From: a bacterium
GTDB lineage: Bacteria > Zhuqueibacterota > Zhuqueibacteria > Oceanimicrobiales > Oceanimicrobiaceae
Assembly (NCBI GenBank): GCA_037446635.1
Contig: JBBIIG010000026.1
Location: forward strand, 1 to 57,437
Length of the DNA: 57,437 bases
Reading direction: 5' to 3'
Every line of letters starts with the position of its first letter. Positions within the stretch are counted from its first letter, which is position 1. Position numbers and translations under genes: made by a program. The notes under the pieces are model-generated. The model did no database searches and was not told the DNA's origin. It saw nothing but the letters and a program-made list of their open reading frames with translations. Of this stretch, positions 19,072-29,133 are shown in pieces.

Positions 19072-22000
19072 TTATTTGATAATGGCAAAGGTGCCGGTTT
19101 TCTGGCCAATGCCGGGGGCGTCGAGGTGATAGACGTAAATGCCGTAAGCAATTTCGAGGTTGTCTTTGCTCAGCATGTCCCAGATGGCCTCGCCGTTATC
19201 CAATTCAGAATCGTGCTCGATGGTGTCGATCAACACGCCGCTGACGTTGAAGATGCGAATGGTGCATTTGCGCGGCAGGTGAATGAAGTGCAGCTCGCGC
19301 GGGCCACGGCCGCTGGCAAAGGGATTGCGCGGTTCCCAATTGGCGGCCGCGATATAGGGATTAGGCACCACTCTTATGCGATTCAATTGCTGGCGCGCCA
19401 ACTCCGCGGATTCGCCCTCGCCCCTGATGGTAAAACGGTAAACATCGCTGGAGAGGAAAGGCTTGCGTAGAATCACGGTGAGGGTGTCGCCCACGTCGGG
19501 GTTGCGGTTTTCCCGGGGAACGTTCCGCAAAATGAGCTGCCAGGTCCAAACCAACCTGCCGAACCGGTCCGGTTCCAAAAACAAGATGGCGTCCGTCAGG
19601 TTGGAGTTGGTGGGATGCGTGGTAAATTTGCCGTCGTTGCCGTGGATTTCGGCAAACGCAAACGTCACCGGCTCCTTGGTGTTAAAATTGATGACTTTAA
19701 AATTCACGTCTTTGGCGGGCAACGGCACAGCGGTGGTACCGGAACGAATGGTGGTATCTTTTGAGGTGGCGGTTCCCACCTCTCCGAAAATGATCTGATA
19801 GTCGTTGGGGCGCTGTTCGCCATTCAAAAGCAGGAATTGCACCGGGCTGAACTGAAAATTATAGATACCGCTGTTATTCCAACGAGAAGCTTGCGTATTG
19901 AGTTGTACGCGTTCCTCATTAACAAAGAATAATCGAAAGCCATCGATCAGCGGAGATTCTTCGCCCTGGTTGAAGATGCGACTTCTGAACAATTTCACCT
20001 CGTTGGCGGTGCGGTCGGTGAGGGTGAAATTTTTAGTGGTGAGAATATCGCCGGTGATCCTTCGAATCAACGTGTCCTGAAACGTGATCTCGTATTGATG
20101 GCCATCGTTAACAATCCGCGGATCGACGATGGTAAAGCCGATCTGGCCGCTGGAGGTGCCTTCGAGGTGGGTCAATTCCGTGACTCCCGCCGGCAGGTAG
20201 CCGGCCACTGGCGCTCTCGGCCTCACTACCGCCACATTGGGTCCGGTGCGAATGTTGCCTTCCGGATCGACATCGACGTTGATGGGCGTTTCGGTGGGGG
20301 AGATTTCGCCGGCGGCGAAACCGAAATCGTACGCGGTGACCGCATAGAAATAACGCTGGCCATTCACCAGCCCAGTGTCGGTGTAGGTATGCACGAGTCC
20401 GCTGTCGTCGCCCAAATTAAACAGAACACCGTTGATATCAACGGGATGCAGGCCGGTGATGCCATCCTCTTTGTCGAACTGTGCAATGGGCCGCAGCAAG
20501 GTGGGCACGCCCTCAGCGTCGGTGATCACTTTGGCGTCGAGGAAGGCGGCGTCGGTGGCGCGGTAAATGCGGTAGCCTTCGAAATCCTGAAACGGCCCGT
20601 TCAACCGCTTGATAAAACGGTCTTCGGAAAACTCGGCGGCGTCATCCCAATAGAGGGTCACTTGGCGATCGCCAGGCACAGCGGTAACGGTGACTTGAAT
20701 GGGCGCCTGCGCAAACTGGTAGTCGGTTTCGAATGCCGTAGTCGCCTGGCGCTGCTTGCGGATAGCGCTTTCGATATCAGCTTGTTTGGTGATGCCGCCG
20801 CCGGCCATGGCCACCGAAACCGCCATGCGCTGGCGTTGGCCGGGTTCGATGGGAAAATAGCCGGATGAGACATAGCCGTCGTATTCGCCGGTAGGTCTGG
20901 GCAAAAAGAAGCGGCCGGGGGTCATGAAGTTACGCCAGATGGTGGCGTCGGCGATGGTGCTGAAATTGATGGCGCCCGCCGGATCTTGAACCGCGGAAGT
21001 TATGCCAATCAAATCAGTCTCACTGACGTCGGTTTTATCAATATTGGGCTCGCCGGGAAAATTGGTGCCGGAGCCGCTGGTGGGCAAACCGTCGCCTTCG
21101 CCGGGGTCGCCGGTGTTAGCTACCCCGTCTAATCCCACGTCATCTTGCAGCGGGTTCCAGTCGTTGTCATTATCAAAGCGATCGTCGCGCGATTCGTCAA
21201 TCATGGGCGCGATGGTTTGGAGGGATGGCACCGCCGCTTTGCCGGAAACGAGAAATCCACGTTTGATGGTGTCGCCCACTGCAAACGAAAGATAATTGAT
21301 GTAACGAACCGGCCGCCGGTCGCCGGTGATTTCGTTGAATCTAAACAAGTGCAGCGTCGCACGTTCATCGATCAAGCCGTCCAAATCTTCATCCTGCGAA
21401 TTTGCTAATGTATCCTCTGCAACCGCCAGACCGCCGGGGGGCAGTTGAATTTGCCGGCCCAGCGTCACTACCGTTCCGCCGCCCTGCGGATATCCTACCA
21501 CTCGTCTTTCAAAAGTCAATGAGTCGATCACTACAATTTTATCGCCAGGAACGAGAGTTCGGGTCTCAAAATCATTGTTAGTGAAGAAAGGGATCACAAC
21601 GTTGGGGTCGCCGCTGATTTGTGAAATGAGCGGCGCGACCGCCGGGTTGATGGCCGGATCGGCGTCGCCGTCGTTATCGATGCCGTCCACAGCGTTGCCC
21701 GGGGTTTCGAGAAATTTGATGGAAGCTAAGCCCACCGGGTCGGAGCCGAAATTCTCGTCGCCGATGCGATCGGCGTCCGTCAAGAAGGCGATGCTGGACT
21801 GTAAGTCCACGAACGGCTGATCGTCCTGGGCGTCGCCGCCAACGATGTCGGCCAGCCAGATCAGGAACGAGGCTTTGGGGATGCGTTTGGTGCCGTCATT
21901 GAGTATATCGTGGATAAAGAAAATGACGTCGCTAATCAAAACCTGCGACCACGCGAAGGCCCGCACGTCCATCAGCAAGCCGAGGCCGCGGCGCGTGGGG

Positions 22001-22716
22001 TCGGTGGCGTCGGGAATATAATTGAAGCGATCATAGCGGTCATCCGAGGTTCTGTAAAACATTTCCTGGTCGGCGTTGAAAACGTGTTTTCCGAAGAAAC
22101 CGTTCCATGAACCGACCCACCCCGGATCAACCGGGTCTTCGCGCTTATCGCGCCAGCCGCCCTGCGCCGCGGTGGGCCAGGAATTGGGGTTGTCGCTGCG
22201 TGCAATGGAGTTGGCGTCGGGATTGAGAAAGCCCGGCACCGGCTCCAAATTCCAACTTCTGCCGTCCGGACTTTGCCGAAAGGTGGGTAAATCTAAGACC
22301 TGAATGGTGCGTCCAGTCTCGTCCACCACCTCGCCGGCTTTCCAAATGGCCACCAGCGCGACGTAAATGCGGTTGGTGTTTTTCGGCCATTCATAAGGAA
22401 TTTCATCCGGACGGGCGGTGGTGCGGCCGCTAAACCCGAAGTTGAACACCGTGGCGCGCACGTTGTTGCCGTCGATGTTGGATTTACGCCGGAAGTTGGG
22501 GTCGCCGCGGTTGTCCGACGGCACGTGTTCGTTCACCTGCGCGAAGGCTTCGCCGAAAACTATCATCAGCACTATTATTATAAGCAAACGTGAGACGTGA
22601 AAAGTGCGACGTGAAAGGGCAAACGGCAGACGGCAGACGGCAGACGATTTTCGTTTTTCGATTTCCGATGAGCCGGAAAGCTGATAGCTTGCCGCCTTAA
22701 TTGATTGAGTGCTCAT
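19072..22716 (-). CDS. Large secreted protein with Ca-binding-like DxDxDG motifs, an FN3-like segment and a T9SS-like CTD
   Basis: DGIDNDGD, DEDLDGLIDE, DDVGLDG; PGDRQVTLYWD..FEGYRIYR..NGQRYFYAVTAYD; IRVVPNPY..TIRIFNVSG..IAYGIYVY..FAIIK. Confidence 0.75.
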   Translation of the reverse strand: MSTQSIKAASYQLSGSSEIEKRKSSAVCRLPFALSRRTFHVSRLLIIIVLMIVFGEAFAQVNEHVPSDNRGDPNFRRKSNIDGNNVRATVFNFGFSGRTTARPDEIPYEWPKNTNRIYVALVAIWKAGEVVDETGRTIQVLDLPTFRQSPDGRSWNLEPVPGFLNPDANSIARSDNPNSWPTAAQGGWRDKREDPVDPGWVGSWNGFFGKHVFNADQEMFYRTSDDRYDRFNYIPDATDPTRRGLGLLMDVRAFAWSQVLISDVIFFIHDILNDGTKRIPKASFLIWLADIVGGDAQDDQPFVDLQSSIAFLTDADRIGDENFGSDPVGLASIKFLETPGNAVDGIDNDGDADPAINPAVAPLISQISGDPNVVIPFFTNNDFETRTLVPGDKIVVIDSLTFERRVVGYPQGGGTVVTLGRQIQLPPGGLAVAEDTLANSQDEDLDGLIDERATLHLFRFNEITGDRRPVRYINYLSFAVGDTIKRGFLVSGKAAVPSLQTIAPMIDESRDDRFDNDNDWNPLQDDVGLDGVANTGDPGEGDGLPTSGSGTNFPGEPNIDKTDVSETDLIGITSAVQDPAGAINFSTIADATIWRNFMTPGRFFLPRPTGEYDGYVSSGYFPIEPGQRQRMAVSVAMAGGGITKQADIESAIRKQRQATTAFETDYQFAQAPIQVTVTAVPGDRQVTLYWDDAAEFSEDRFIKRLNGPFQDFEGYRIYRATDAAFLDAKVITDAEGVPTLLRPIAQFDKEDGITGLHPVDINGVLFNLGDDSGLVHTYTDTGLVNGQRYFYAVTAYDFGFAAGEISPTETPINVDVDPEGNIRTGPNVAVVRPRAPVAGYLPAGVTELTHLEGTSSGQIGFTIVDPRIVNDGHQYEITFQDTLIRRITGDILTTKNFTLTDRTANEVKLFRSRIFNQGEESPLIDGFRLFFVNEERVQLNTQASRWNNSGIYNFQFSPVQFLLLNGEQRPNDYQIIFGEVGTATSKDTTIRSGTTAVPLPAKDVNFKVINFNTKEPVTFAFAEIHGNDGKFTTHPTNSNLTDAILFLEPDRFGRLVWTWQLILRNVPRENRNPDVGDTLTVILRKPFLSSDVYRFTIRGEGESAELARQQLNRIRVVPNPYIAAANWEPRNPFASGRGPRELHFIHLPRKCTIRIFNVSGVLIDTIEHDSELDNGEAIWDMLSKDNLEIAYGIYVYHLDAPGIGQKTGTFAIIK

Positions 22717-22742
22717 AATTTTTCCTTAAGTTTGGAACGTAT

Positions 22743-25529
22743 TTAAAATCCAAAGCTGGCGCCCACCTGAATGCGGCGCGGCTCGGAGAAGAAATCCGGA
22801 CGTACGAAAAATGTTTGGTCGGCCTGCAGCGAGCGCGAGTTGAAGGTGAAATCCGCCTCGCCGGTGTCGCCGAAAACATTAACGGGGTTTTTGGCGTCAA
22901 AGATGTTGAACAATTTTGCAAACAGTTTCACCCGGTAAGAACTAAAGTTGAAATTTTTAAACGCGGTAAAATCCAGGGTGAATCGGTTGGGCTTGCGCCG
23001 GCTGTTTTTTTCAAGGCCGAAGGTGATGTCCTGCCCAGTGCGACCAAACTGAATGATCTCCGGCGTGTAGGGTTGCCCGGAGTTAAACCGCTCGATTAGG
23101 CTTACCCCCCAATCGTTGCCGCCCACGAACAAGGTGGCGTTGAGCGCATGGGCTTGATCCCAGTCCAGCGGCGTGAGCTGTTTGGTAGGCTCGTTACCGT
23201 CGCGTTGCGCAAAAAACTCTTCATCAGGGCTGGAGTTGGTGCCCTCCGCGATTTGGAAGGTGTAATCGAGGTCGAAGGAATAATAATTGGAAAGACGCTT
23301 GCTAACCGCCAGGGTTATGCCAAACACATTGGCAAAATCACGATTGATGCGGCGGCCGTAGGAGACGCCGGCGATGGCCGCGTCGATGGGCTGGCTGGTG
23401 GAAATCCAGTCGCGAATGTCGCGGTAATACATAGTGAGATCGGCGCCGATGTTGTCGGAAAGCTGCTGCTGCAAGCCGATTTCATACATAGTGGTGCGCT
23501 GCGGGTTGAGGTCCGGGTTGCCGAAACCGTTGCCGGTTTTGCCGCCCTGCAGGCCGGAAGCCTGGGTTAATTTCAATTCGTCGCCGCGGTAGAGCTGCTC
23601 GTAATCCGGCGTCTGACGAAAGATGCCGTACGAGAAGTGAATGACGCCGCGCTCGGTGATGGGATAGGCCACTCCCAGCCGCGGGCTGAGCTGAGTTTTG
23701 ATGCTGGTCGTGCGGTACCAGTATTGTTCGCGGTCGGCCACGGTTAACCGATTGTCTTCGCGCTGCTCATCCAGGCTGATTTGGCCGTCGCCGTTGGTGT
23801 CGCGGAAAATGTTGATGAGCTTGAACGGCGAATAAATGTTGGGGTCGCTTAAATCCACCGGTACGCGGCCGTTGGGGTCGAACATATCAAAACGTAAGCC
23901 CACGTTGATTACCAGGCTTTCGTATTCGATTTTGTCTTGAAGGTAGGCCGCAAAAGTGAAGGGCTTGCGGATAATCAGGTCATGAGATTCCTCGGTGGCG
24001 GGCCGAATCTCCGGCGTGAACGGCTGTAATTGCTGGCCATTTTCATCCACGGCCGGCACCAGCCGGGCGTCTTCCATAAAAACCCGGTCCCATTTCAACT
24101 CGACGCCGGTTTTCACTTGATGACGCTTGGAAATCTGGCTGGTGAGGTCAAACTTGCCAATCCAGCTCTTGGTGTTGCGCGCGAAGCGTTCCACGTCCGT
24201 CCCGGCTCTGATGAATTGATTGGAGCCGCGGTTGGTGGAATCGGGATGCACGTAGCGCGGATCGAAGGGATCGTCGAAAAGCTGGGATTTCAACTCGTTG
24301 TACTTGTACGAGCCGGTCAATTCGTAAAAGGTTCGGCTGCTGAGCGCGTGGGTGAGGTTAGCGATGACCGCGCCGCCCTTTTCGTCATCGCCGCGATCGC
24401 CCAGCGGGTTGAGCTTCCAGTCGTGGCTGTAGGTGCCCCGTTCCTCCGTGCTGCCCAGCGCATCTATTTTGAACTTGATGGGCGCTGAAATACGCCATTC
24501 AAGGCTGCCCTGCCCACTCCAGCGCCGGGTAAAATTCAACGGCACGGCGCTGCTGTCGCCTAAATTCGGGACGAACGTGGTGTCGCCGTCCACCACCTCG
24601 ATGCGGTTGCGTCCGGAGGGCTGAAAGGCCAGAGGGCCGTAAAGCCAACCGTCGTTGTTCCAGCGCCGCCCGGTGACAAAAAACGTCACTCTGTTTTTTA
24701 TAATCGGACCGCTCAGCGAACCCTGAAGGTTGTAATTGCCGGTGGCGCTGAGATCGTCAATATTAAAAAATACATTGTCGCGGCTGCTCAGATAATCGCC
24801 GGTCCAGGCTTCAAAATTTCCGTGAAATTGGTTGCCGCCGGTTTTGGTGACGATGTTGATGACGCCGCTGAGGGCTTCGCCATATTCGGCGTTGAAAGTG
24901 CCGCTGATCACCTGCAGCTCCTGAATGGATTCGTTTTCCACCTGGAGGGACTGGGTGCGGGAGAAATCATCGGTGATGCGGATGCCGTTCACCATATAGG
25001 CCACTTCCGTGGCGCGCCCGCCGCGAATATGAAGGCCGCCGTCCGAGCCGCGGCTGATGCCGGCTTGCAGGTTGAGCAAATCGCCCAATTCCTGCACCGG
25101 CAGGCGGCGAATTTCCTCTGCCTGCACCCGCGCTTCGGCTGAGGTCAAATCTTTGCGGACGATGGGCCGCTCTGCGGTGACCACCACCTCCTGGCCCAGT
25201 TCCACCGCCTCCGAGCGCATCTTGAAATCAATAGTGGTGGTGAGGTCGGTGAGCACCTGCACTCCCTGTGTGATGACCGGGCGATAACCGATGAAGTCGC
25301 AGCGCAGCTCGTAGGTGCCCGGCGGCACCCGCAGAATGAGATAGTTGCCATCGAGGTCGGTGGCCGCGCCCATGGTGGTGCCGGTGATGATCACGTTGGC
25401 GCCGGGCAGGGGTTCGCCGGTGTCCGAGTCTGTGACGACGCCGGTGATTTTGCCGAATTTCTGCGCCGTCACTGGAGCGCACAAAACCAAAACCAGCAAC
25501 GCAACCATACACAGTTTGATCTGGTTCAT
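22743..25529 (-). CDS. TonB-dependent receptor with N-terminal CarboxypepD_reg-like domain (not SusC type)
   Basis: GKITGVVTD..GEPLPGANV; HIRGGR plug; GTFNAEYG; LSPRLGVAYP; PRRIQVGASFGF. Confidence 0.9.
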   Translation of the reverse strand: MNQIKLCMVALLVLVLCAPVTAQKFGKITGVVTDSDTGEPLPGANVIITGTTMGAATDLDGNYLILRVPPGTYELRCDFIGYRPVITQGVQVLTDLTTTIDFKMRSEAVELGQEVVVTAERPIVRKDLTSAEARVQAEEIRRLPVQELGDLLNLQAGISRGSDGGLHIRGGRATEVAYMVNGIRITDDFSRTQSLQVENESIQELQVISGTFNAEYGEALSGVINIVTKTGGNQFHGNFEAWTGDYLSSRDNVFFNIDDLSATGNYNLQGSLSGPIIKNRVTFFVTGRRWNNDGWLYGPLAFQPSGRNRIEVVDGDTTFVPNLGDSSAVPLNFTRRWSGQGSLEWRISAPIKFKIDALGSTEERGTYSHDWKLNPLGDRGDDEKGGAVIANLTHALSSRTFYELTGSYKYNELKSQLFDDPFDPRYVHPDSTNRGSNQFIRAGTDVERFARNTKSWIGKFDLTSQISKRHQVKTGVELKWDRVFMEDARLVPAVDENGQQLQPFTPEIRPATEESHDLIIRKPFTFAAYLQDKIEYESLVINVGLRFDMFDPNGRVPVDLSDPNIYSPFKLINIFRDTNGDGQISLDEQREDNRLTVADREQYWYRTTSIKTQLSPRLGVAYPITERGVIHFSYGIFRQTPDYEQLYRGDELKLTQASGLQGGKTGNGFGNPDLNPQRTTMYEIGLQQQLSDNIGADLTMYYRDIRDWISTSQPIDAAIAGVSYGRRINRDFANVFGITLAVSKRLSNYYSFDLDYTFQIAEGTNSSPDEEFFAQRDGNEPTKQLTPLDWDQAHALNATLFVGGNDWGVSLIERFNSGQPYTPEIIQFGRTGQDITFGLEKNSRRKPNRFTLDFTAFKNFNFSSYRVKLFAKLFNIFDAKNPVNVFGDTGEADFTFNSRSLQADQTFFVRPDFFSEPRRIQVGASFGF

Positions 25530-25539
25530 ATTTTCTCCA

Positions 25540-27240
25540 TCAGTTAGTTTTCAAATTGAGATCCAGCAACTTGTCAGCCCAAACCTTCAGCTCAGTGGCT
25601 TCACGAAATTCCTCGATCTTTGCGCGGCGGAAGTCCCCCCACAAAATGTAGCGCACGGCCTCTTCCACCTCGGGCCGCGCCTCTTCAAACGCGCGCGGAC
25701 GCGGCGGTTTTTTGTCGATACACTCTAAAAACACGTACATCGAATCCATTTGGAGGGGGCCAGTGCGTTCGCCAATTTCCAGCGCGAATATTTGCGGTGA
25801 CCACGGGCCAATTTCCTCCGGCGTCAGCCAGCCCAACTCGCCGCCGCGTTCGCTGCTCCAGCGGCGCACCGAATGGTTGCGGGCGAGTTCCGCAAACGGC
25901 GCGCCCTGCTTGAGTTTTCGGGCGACGAGATCGGCGTCCTTCTTTTCGCGCAAAACAATTTCCCGCAAGTTGATCTGCGCCGGCGCGGCAAAGCGCTGCG
26001 CTTCGCGGCTGAAATAACTGCGCAGCGAATCTTCCGGAACCATCATTTCATTTCTCAGGGTGTCTTCCATTCGCCTCAGAAGATAGCCGTCCCAGCTTTC
26101 CGCCACCTTTTGCCGGTAATCCGTTTTTTTGTGGAGCTTATCTTTTTTCGCTAACTGGAGAATGCGTTCCCGCACCACCAGCCCGGCAATGAATTCTTTA
26201 AATTGCGATTCGTTTTTAATCCATTTGTGCTGCCGCGGCGAAGTGAATTGCGCTTTCTTTTGGAACGTCGCGACCTCCCATTTGCCTATTTTGGAACGAA
26301 CCAGTTCCTGGCCGCTCAAGTCTGCAATTTTAATGCGGGCTACATCGCTTTCCTCCAACTGTTGATCCGGCTGCTGCGATTGAAACGCCGCAAACAATTC
26401 TTTCACCACGGGCTCATTGAATTGAATGTCAAGTGTGCGATTCAAGGAGTCCACAAAAGCAACCGTGGCTTTTTGCAGCTTGCGCTCGCGCCAGTAGCGC
26501 TCCAGTTTATCTTTGTGTTTGGCGTATTCGAATTCGGTAATTAACGGTTTGGTAACGCGGTCATCGACGCGGATGATGCTGTAGCCGTCGGTGGTGGCCA
26601 CCGGCCGGGAGATTTCACCAACTTTCAGATCGAAAGCGGCTTCTTCGAATGCCGGCTCCATTTCATCGACAGTGAAGTAGCCTAACGAACCGCCAGAGTC
26701 ACGCAAGTGCGGGTCGCGAAAAATGACTTCGGCCAATTCTTCAAAGCTGGCGCCGGCTGCGAGGGCGTGGTAAAGGGAGTCAGCGCGTTCTTTGTTGGGC
26801 GCATATAAATGGCGCGCTTTGATGCGGGTGTTGAGCCGAATGTACAACTCCTGCAGCTCACGGTCGCTGACGGTGATTTTGTCCGCAATCATTTTTTTGT
26901 TGAAGGCGTTCAGCAATTCCTGAATCTCGAGGCGCTGGCGTTCGTGCCGGGCGGGTTCGTCTTTATCGAGGCCGCGGCGTTCGGCTTCGGTGATGAGCAC
27001 TTCTTCATCAACGTATTGATTCAAAATCTGGCGGCGGGCCTCGTAGGTGTCGAAGACGCCTTCGCCGGTGCGGAGGCGAAAGTCTTGATAACGCTTGATG
27101 AATTCACCCTGGTCGATAGTTCGGTTGCCGATGACCGCCAGCGTGGGCTGATTGCGTTCGGGCGTGAAATAAAAAACGTAACCGATCAGTCCGATGAGAA
27201 AAAGACTGATTATGATTAGAACGGACTTTCTAATCGACAT
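25540..27240 (-). CDS. Membrane-anchored peptidyl-prolyl isomerase with two parvulin (PpiC) domains
   Basis: IKARHL..FEELA..GGSLGYF..MEPAFEEAAF; FAELARNHS..GGELGW. Confidence 0.85.
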   Translation of the reverse strand: MSIRKSVLIIISLFLIGLIGYVFYFTPERNQPTLAVIGNRTIDQGEFIKRYQDFRLRTGEGVFDTYEARRQILNQYVDEEVLITEAERRGLDKDEPARHERQRLEIQELLNAFNKKMIADKITVSDRELQELYIRLNTRIKARHLYAPNKERADSLYHALAAGASFEELAEVIFRDPHLRDSGGSLGYFTVDEMEPAFEEAAFDLKVGEISRPVATTDGYSIIRVDDRVTKPLITEFEYAKHKDKLERYWRERKLQKATVAFVDSLNRTLDIQFNEPVVKELFAAFQSQQPDQQLEESDVARIKIADLSGQELVRSKIGKWEVATFQKKAQFTSPRQHKWIKNESQFKEFIAGLVVRERILQLAKKDKLHKKTDYRQKVAESWDGYLLRRMEDTLRNEMMVPEDSLRSYFSREAQRFAAPAQINLREIVLREKKDADLVARKLKQGAPFAELARNHSVRRWSSERGGELGWLTPEEIGPWSPQIFALEIGERTGPLQMDSMYVFLECIDKKPPRPRAFEEARPEVEEAVRYILWGDFRRAKIEEFREATELKVWADKLLDLNLKTN

Positions 27241-27279
27241 AGCAATCCGCTTTTTTGGATTAAAGAAAAACAGAGAAGA

Positions 27280-29124
27280 TCAATTTAGAATCAGGCCTGT
27301 TTTTCCGGGAATTTCCAGTACTAAGTTCTGTCCGTCGCTTTGAAAAGTCTGTTGAGTTAGTAAATCATTATAACCTGATTTTGAGCCCATTTTATTCGTC
27401 GCCAAAGTGATGGGTTGGGCACTGCTGGAGTTGTTGACGACGACCGTTAAAATTTCGGAATCATTGAAGCGTTTGAAAACGAAAACGTCTTTGGCGTTAT
27501 CAGTGAGCAGCGTTGCGATTTTACCGGTTTGCAGGGCCGGATGCGCTTTGCGGATCGCAATGAGCGTCTTGTAGTGATTGAACAAATCCGGATTAAAACG
27601 ATTTTCATCAGACGGCCGCGGTTTGTTCAGAGGATGCGCGGCTTCATTATCATAAGTCAAATCTGCCCACAGCATTGGTTTGCGGCAGTCGGGATCGTCG
27701 GCGCCCCACATGCCGGCCTCGTCGCCGTAATAAATCGTGGGCGCGCCAATGTAGGTCATGTGGAAGATTGCGATGAGTTTCTGAATGGCGATTTCGTCGG
27801 CGTTGGGTTTGCGGACGTCGTAGTCGGGATTGTCGCGCGGCGAGTCGCGGTGATCATAGACATCGTCGTAATTGATGATTTGCGAGGCAAGGCGGTCGGT
27901 GTCGTGACTGTTCAGCACGTTGAGCAGGCCGTAGTTCACCGGCTCGCGGTAATCGTTCCGCAACTGCAGCAGCCGGCGGTCGAATTCGGAAGGGGAGATT
28001 TTGTTTTTCTTATCCACAAAAAAGTGCATGATTTCGGCGGCGAGGCGATAATTCATCACGGCGTCGAAGACGTCGCCTTCCAACCACGGACGGGCGTTGA
28101 ACATTTGATTGTTATTCCAATCTTCCCACCAGACTTCGCCCACTAAATAGGCTTCGGGATTGATGTTTCGGACGTGCGTTCGGAACTGCCGCCAAAACGC
28201 CGAGCTCACTTTTTCCGCCACGTCGAGCCGCCAGCCGTCGATACCATCCGAGGGGTCGCCGTCGTTGTTGGGGTCCATCCACCGTTTCACGGCCTGAAAA
28301 ACATAATCCCGCGCTTCCGGGACGAGGCCGTTTTTATCTTCGCGAATTTCCGGCAGCTCTTTGACGCCCATCCAGCCCTCGTAATCGAATTCGTTTTCCG
28401 GGGTGGCGGGATCATCCCAGCTTGTGATGGTGAACCAGTTGGCGTAGCGAGAGTTCTGTTGCTGAGCCGCCACGTCGCGAAAGGCCCAGAAATTCAACCC
28501 CACGTGGTTGAACACGCCGTCAATGACGACGCGGAGGTTGCGGCGATGGCATTCGGCTATTAATTTCAGAAAGAGAGAATCGGCGGTGGTCCATTTCCAG
28601 GTGTCGGACTGATCGGGAATTTCGCTGGCGATGATGCTGCGGTCGCGGTCGGGGTCAGGGCCAAAATTGTCGTCGATGTGATGGAACGTCGCCCCGTCAT
28701 ATTTGTGCAGCGAAGGCGACTCGAATAGCGGATTGAAATAGATGGCGGTGATGCCCAGATCTTGCAAGTAGTCTAATTTATCGAGCACGCCCTGCAGGTC
28801 GCCGCCGTAGCGCCGGCGCTGAACGTGGTAGTAAAAATCTTTTTGTGAACTTTCCCACGATTGCAGTGCGTACCAATCGCCGGTCCACGAAGAGACCTGG
28901 TAGGGCAGCGCAGTGTCGTGCGGCCACGAGCCGATGATATCTTGCAGTTGCGGATCGTTGCCGGGGTCGCCGTTGCGGAAACGCTCCGGAAAAATTTGGT
29001 ACCAGACTGCCTGCTGCGCCCAGACCGGAACCTCCTCCAGAGGCGTGATCGGCTTTTGCGTGGATTGACAGCCCAAGAGCAGATACCAAACTATCCAAAC
29101 CGAAATTGTTTTTGAAATTTTCAT
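27280..29124 (-). CDS. GH13 alpha-amylase-family glycosidase, lipoprotein; paralog of 11616-13406
   Basis: Lipobox LLGC; YQIFPERF; DGVFNH; DGWRLDVA; GEVW; NSHDTDR. Confidence 0.9.
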   Translation of the reverse strand: MKISKTISVWIVWYLLLGCQSTQKPITPLEEVPVWAQQAVWYQIFPERFRNGDPGNDPQLQDIIGSWPHDTALPYQVSSWTGDWYALQSWESSQKDFYYHVQRRRYGGDLQGVLDKLDYLQDLGITAIYFNPLFESPSLHKYDGATFHHIDDNFGPDPDRDRSIIASEIPDQSDTWKWTTADSLFLKLIAECHRRNLRVVIDGVFNHVGLNFWAFRDVAAQQQNSRYANWFTITSWDDPATPENEFDYEGWMGVKELPEIREDKNGLVPEARDYVFQAVKRWMDPNNDGDPSDGIDGWRLDVAEKVSSAFWRQFRTHVRNINPEAYLVGEVWWEDWNNNQMFNARPWLEGDVFDAVMNYRLAAEIMHFFVDKKNKISPSEFDRRLLQLRNDYREPVNYGLLNVLNSHDTDRLASQIINYDDVYDHRDSPRDNPDYDVRKPNADEIAIQKLIAIFHMTYIGAPTIYYGDEAGMWGADDPDCRKPMLWADLTYDNEAAHPLNKPRPSDENRFNPDLFNHYKTLIAIRKAHPALQTGKIATLLTDNAKDVFVFKRFNDSEILTVVVNNSSSAQPITLATNKMGSKSGYNDLLTQQTFQSDGQNLVLEIPGKTGLILN

Positions 29125-29133
29125 TCAAAAAAA

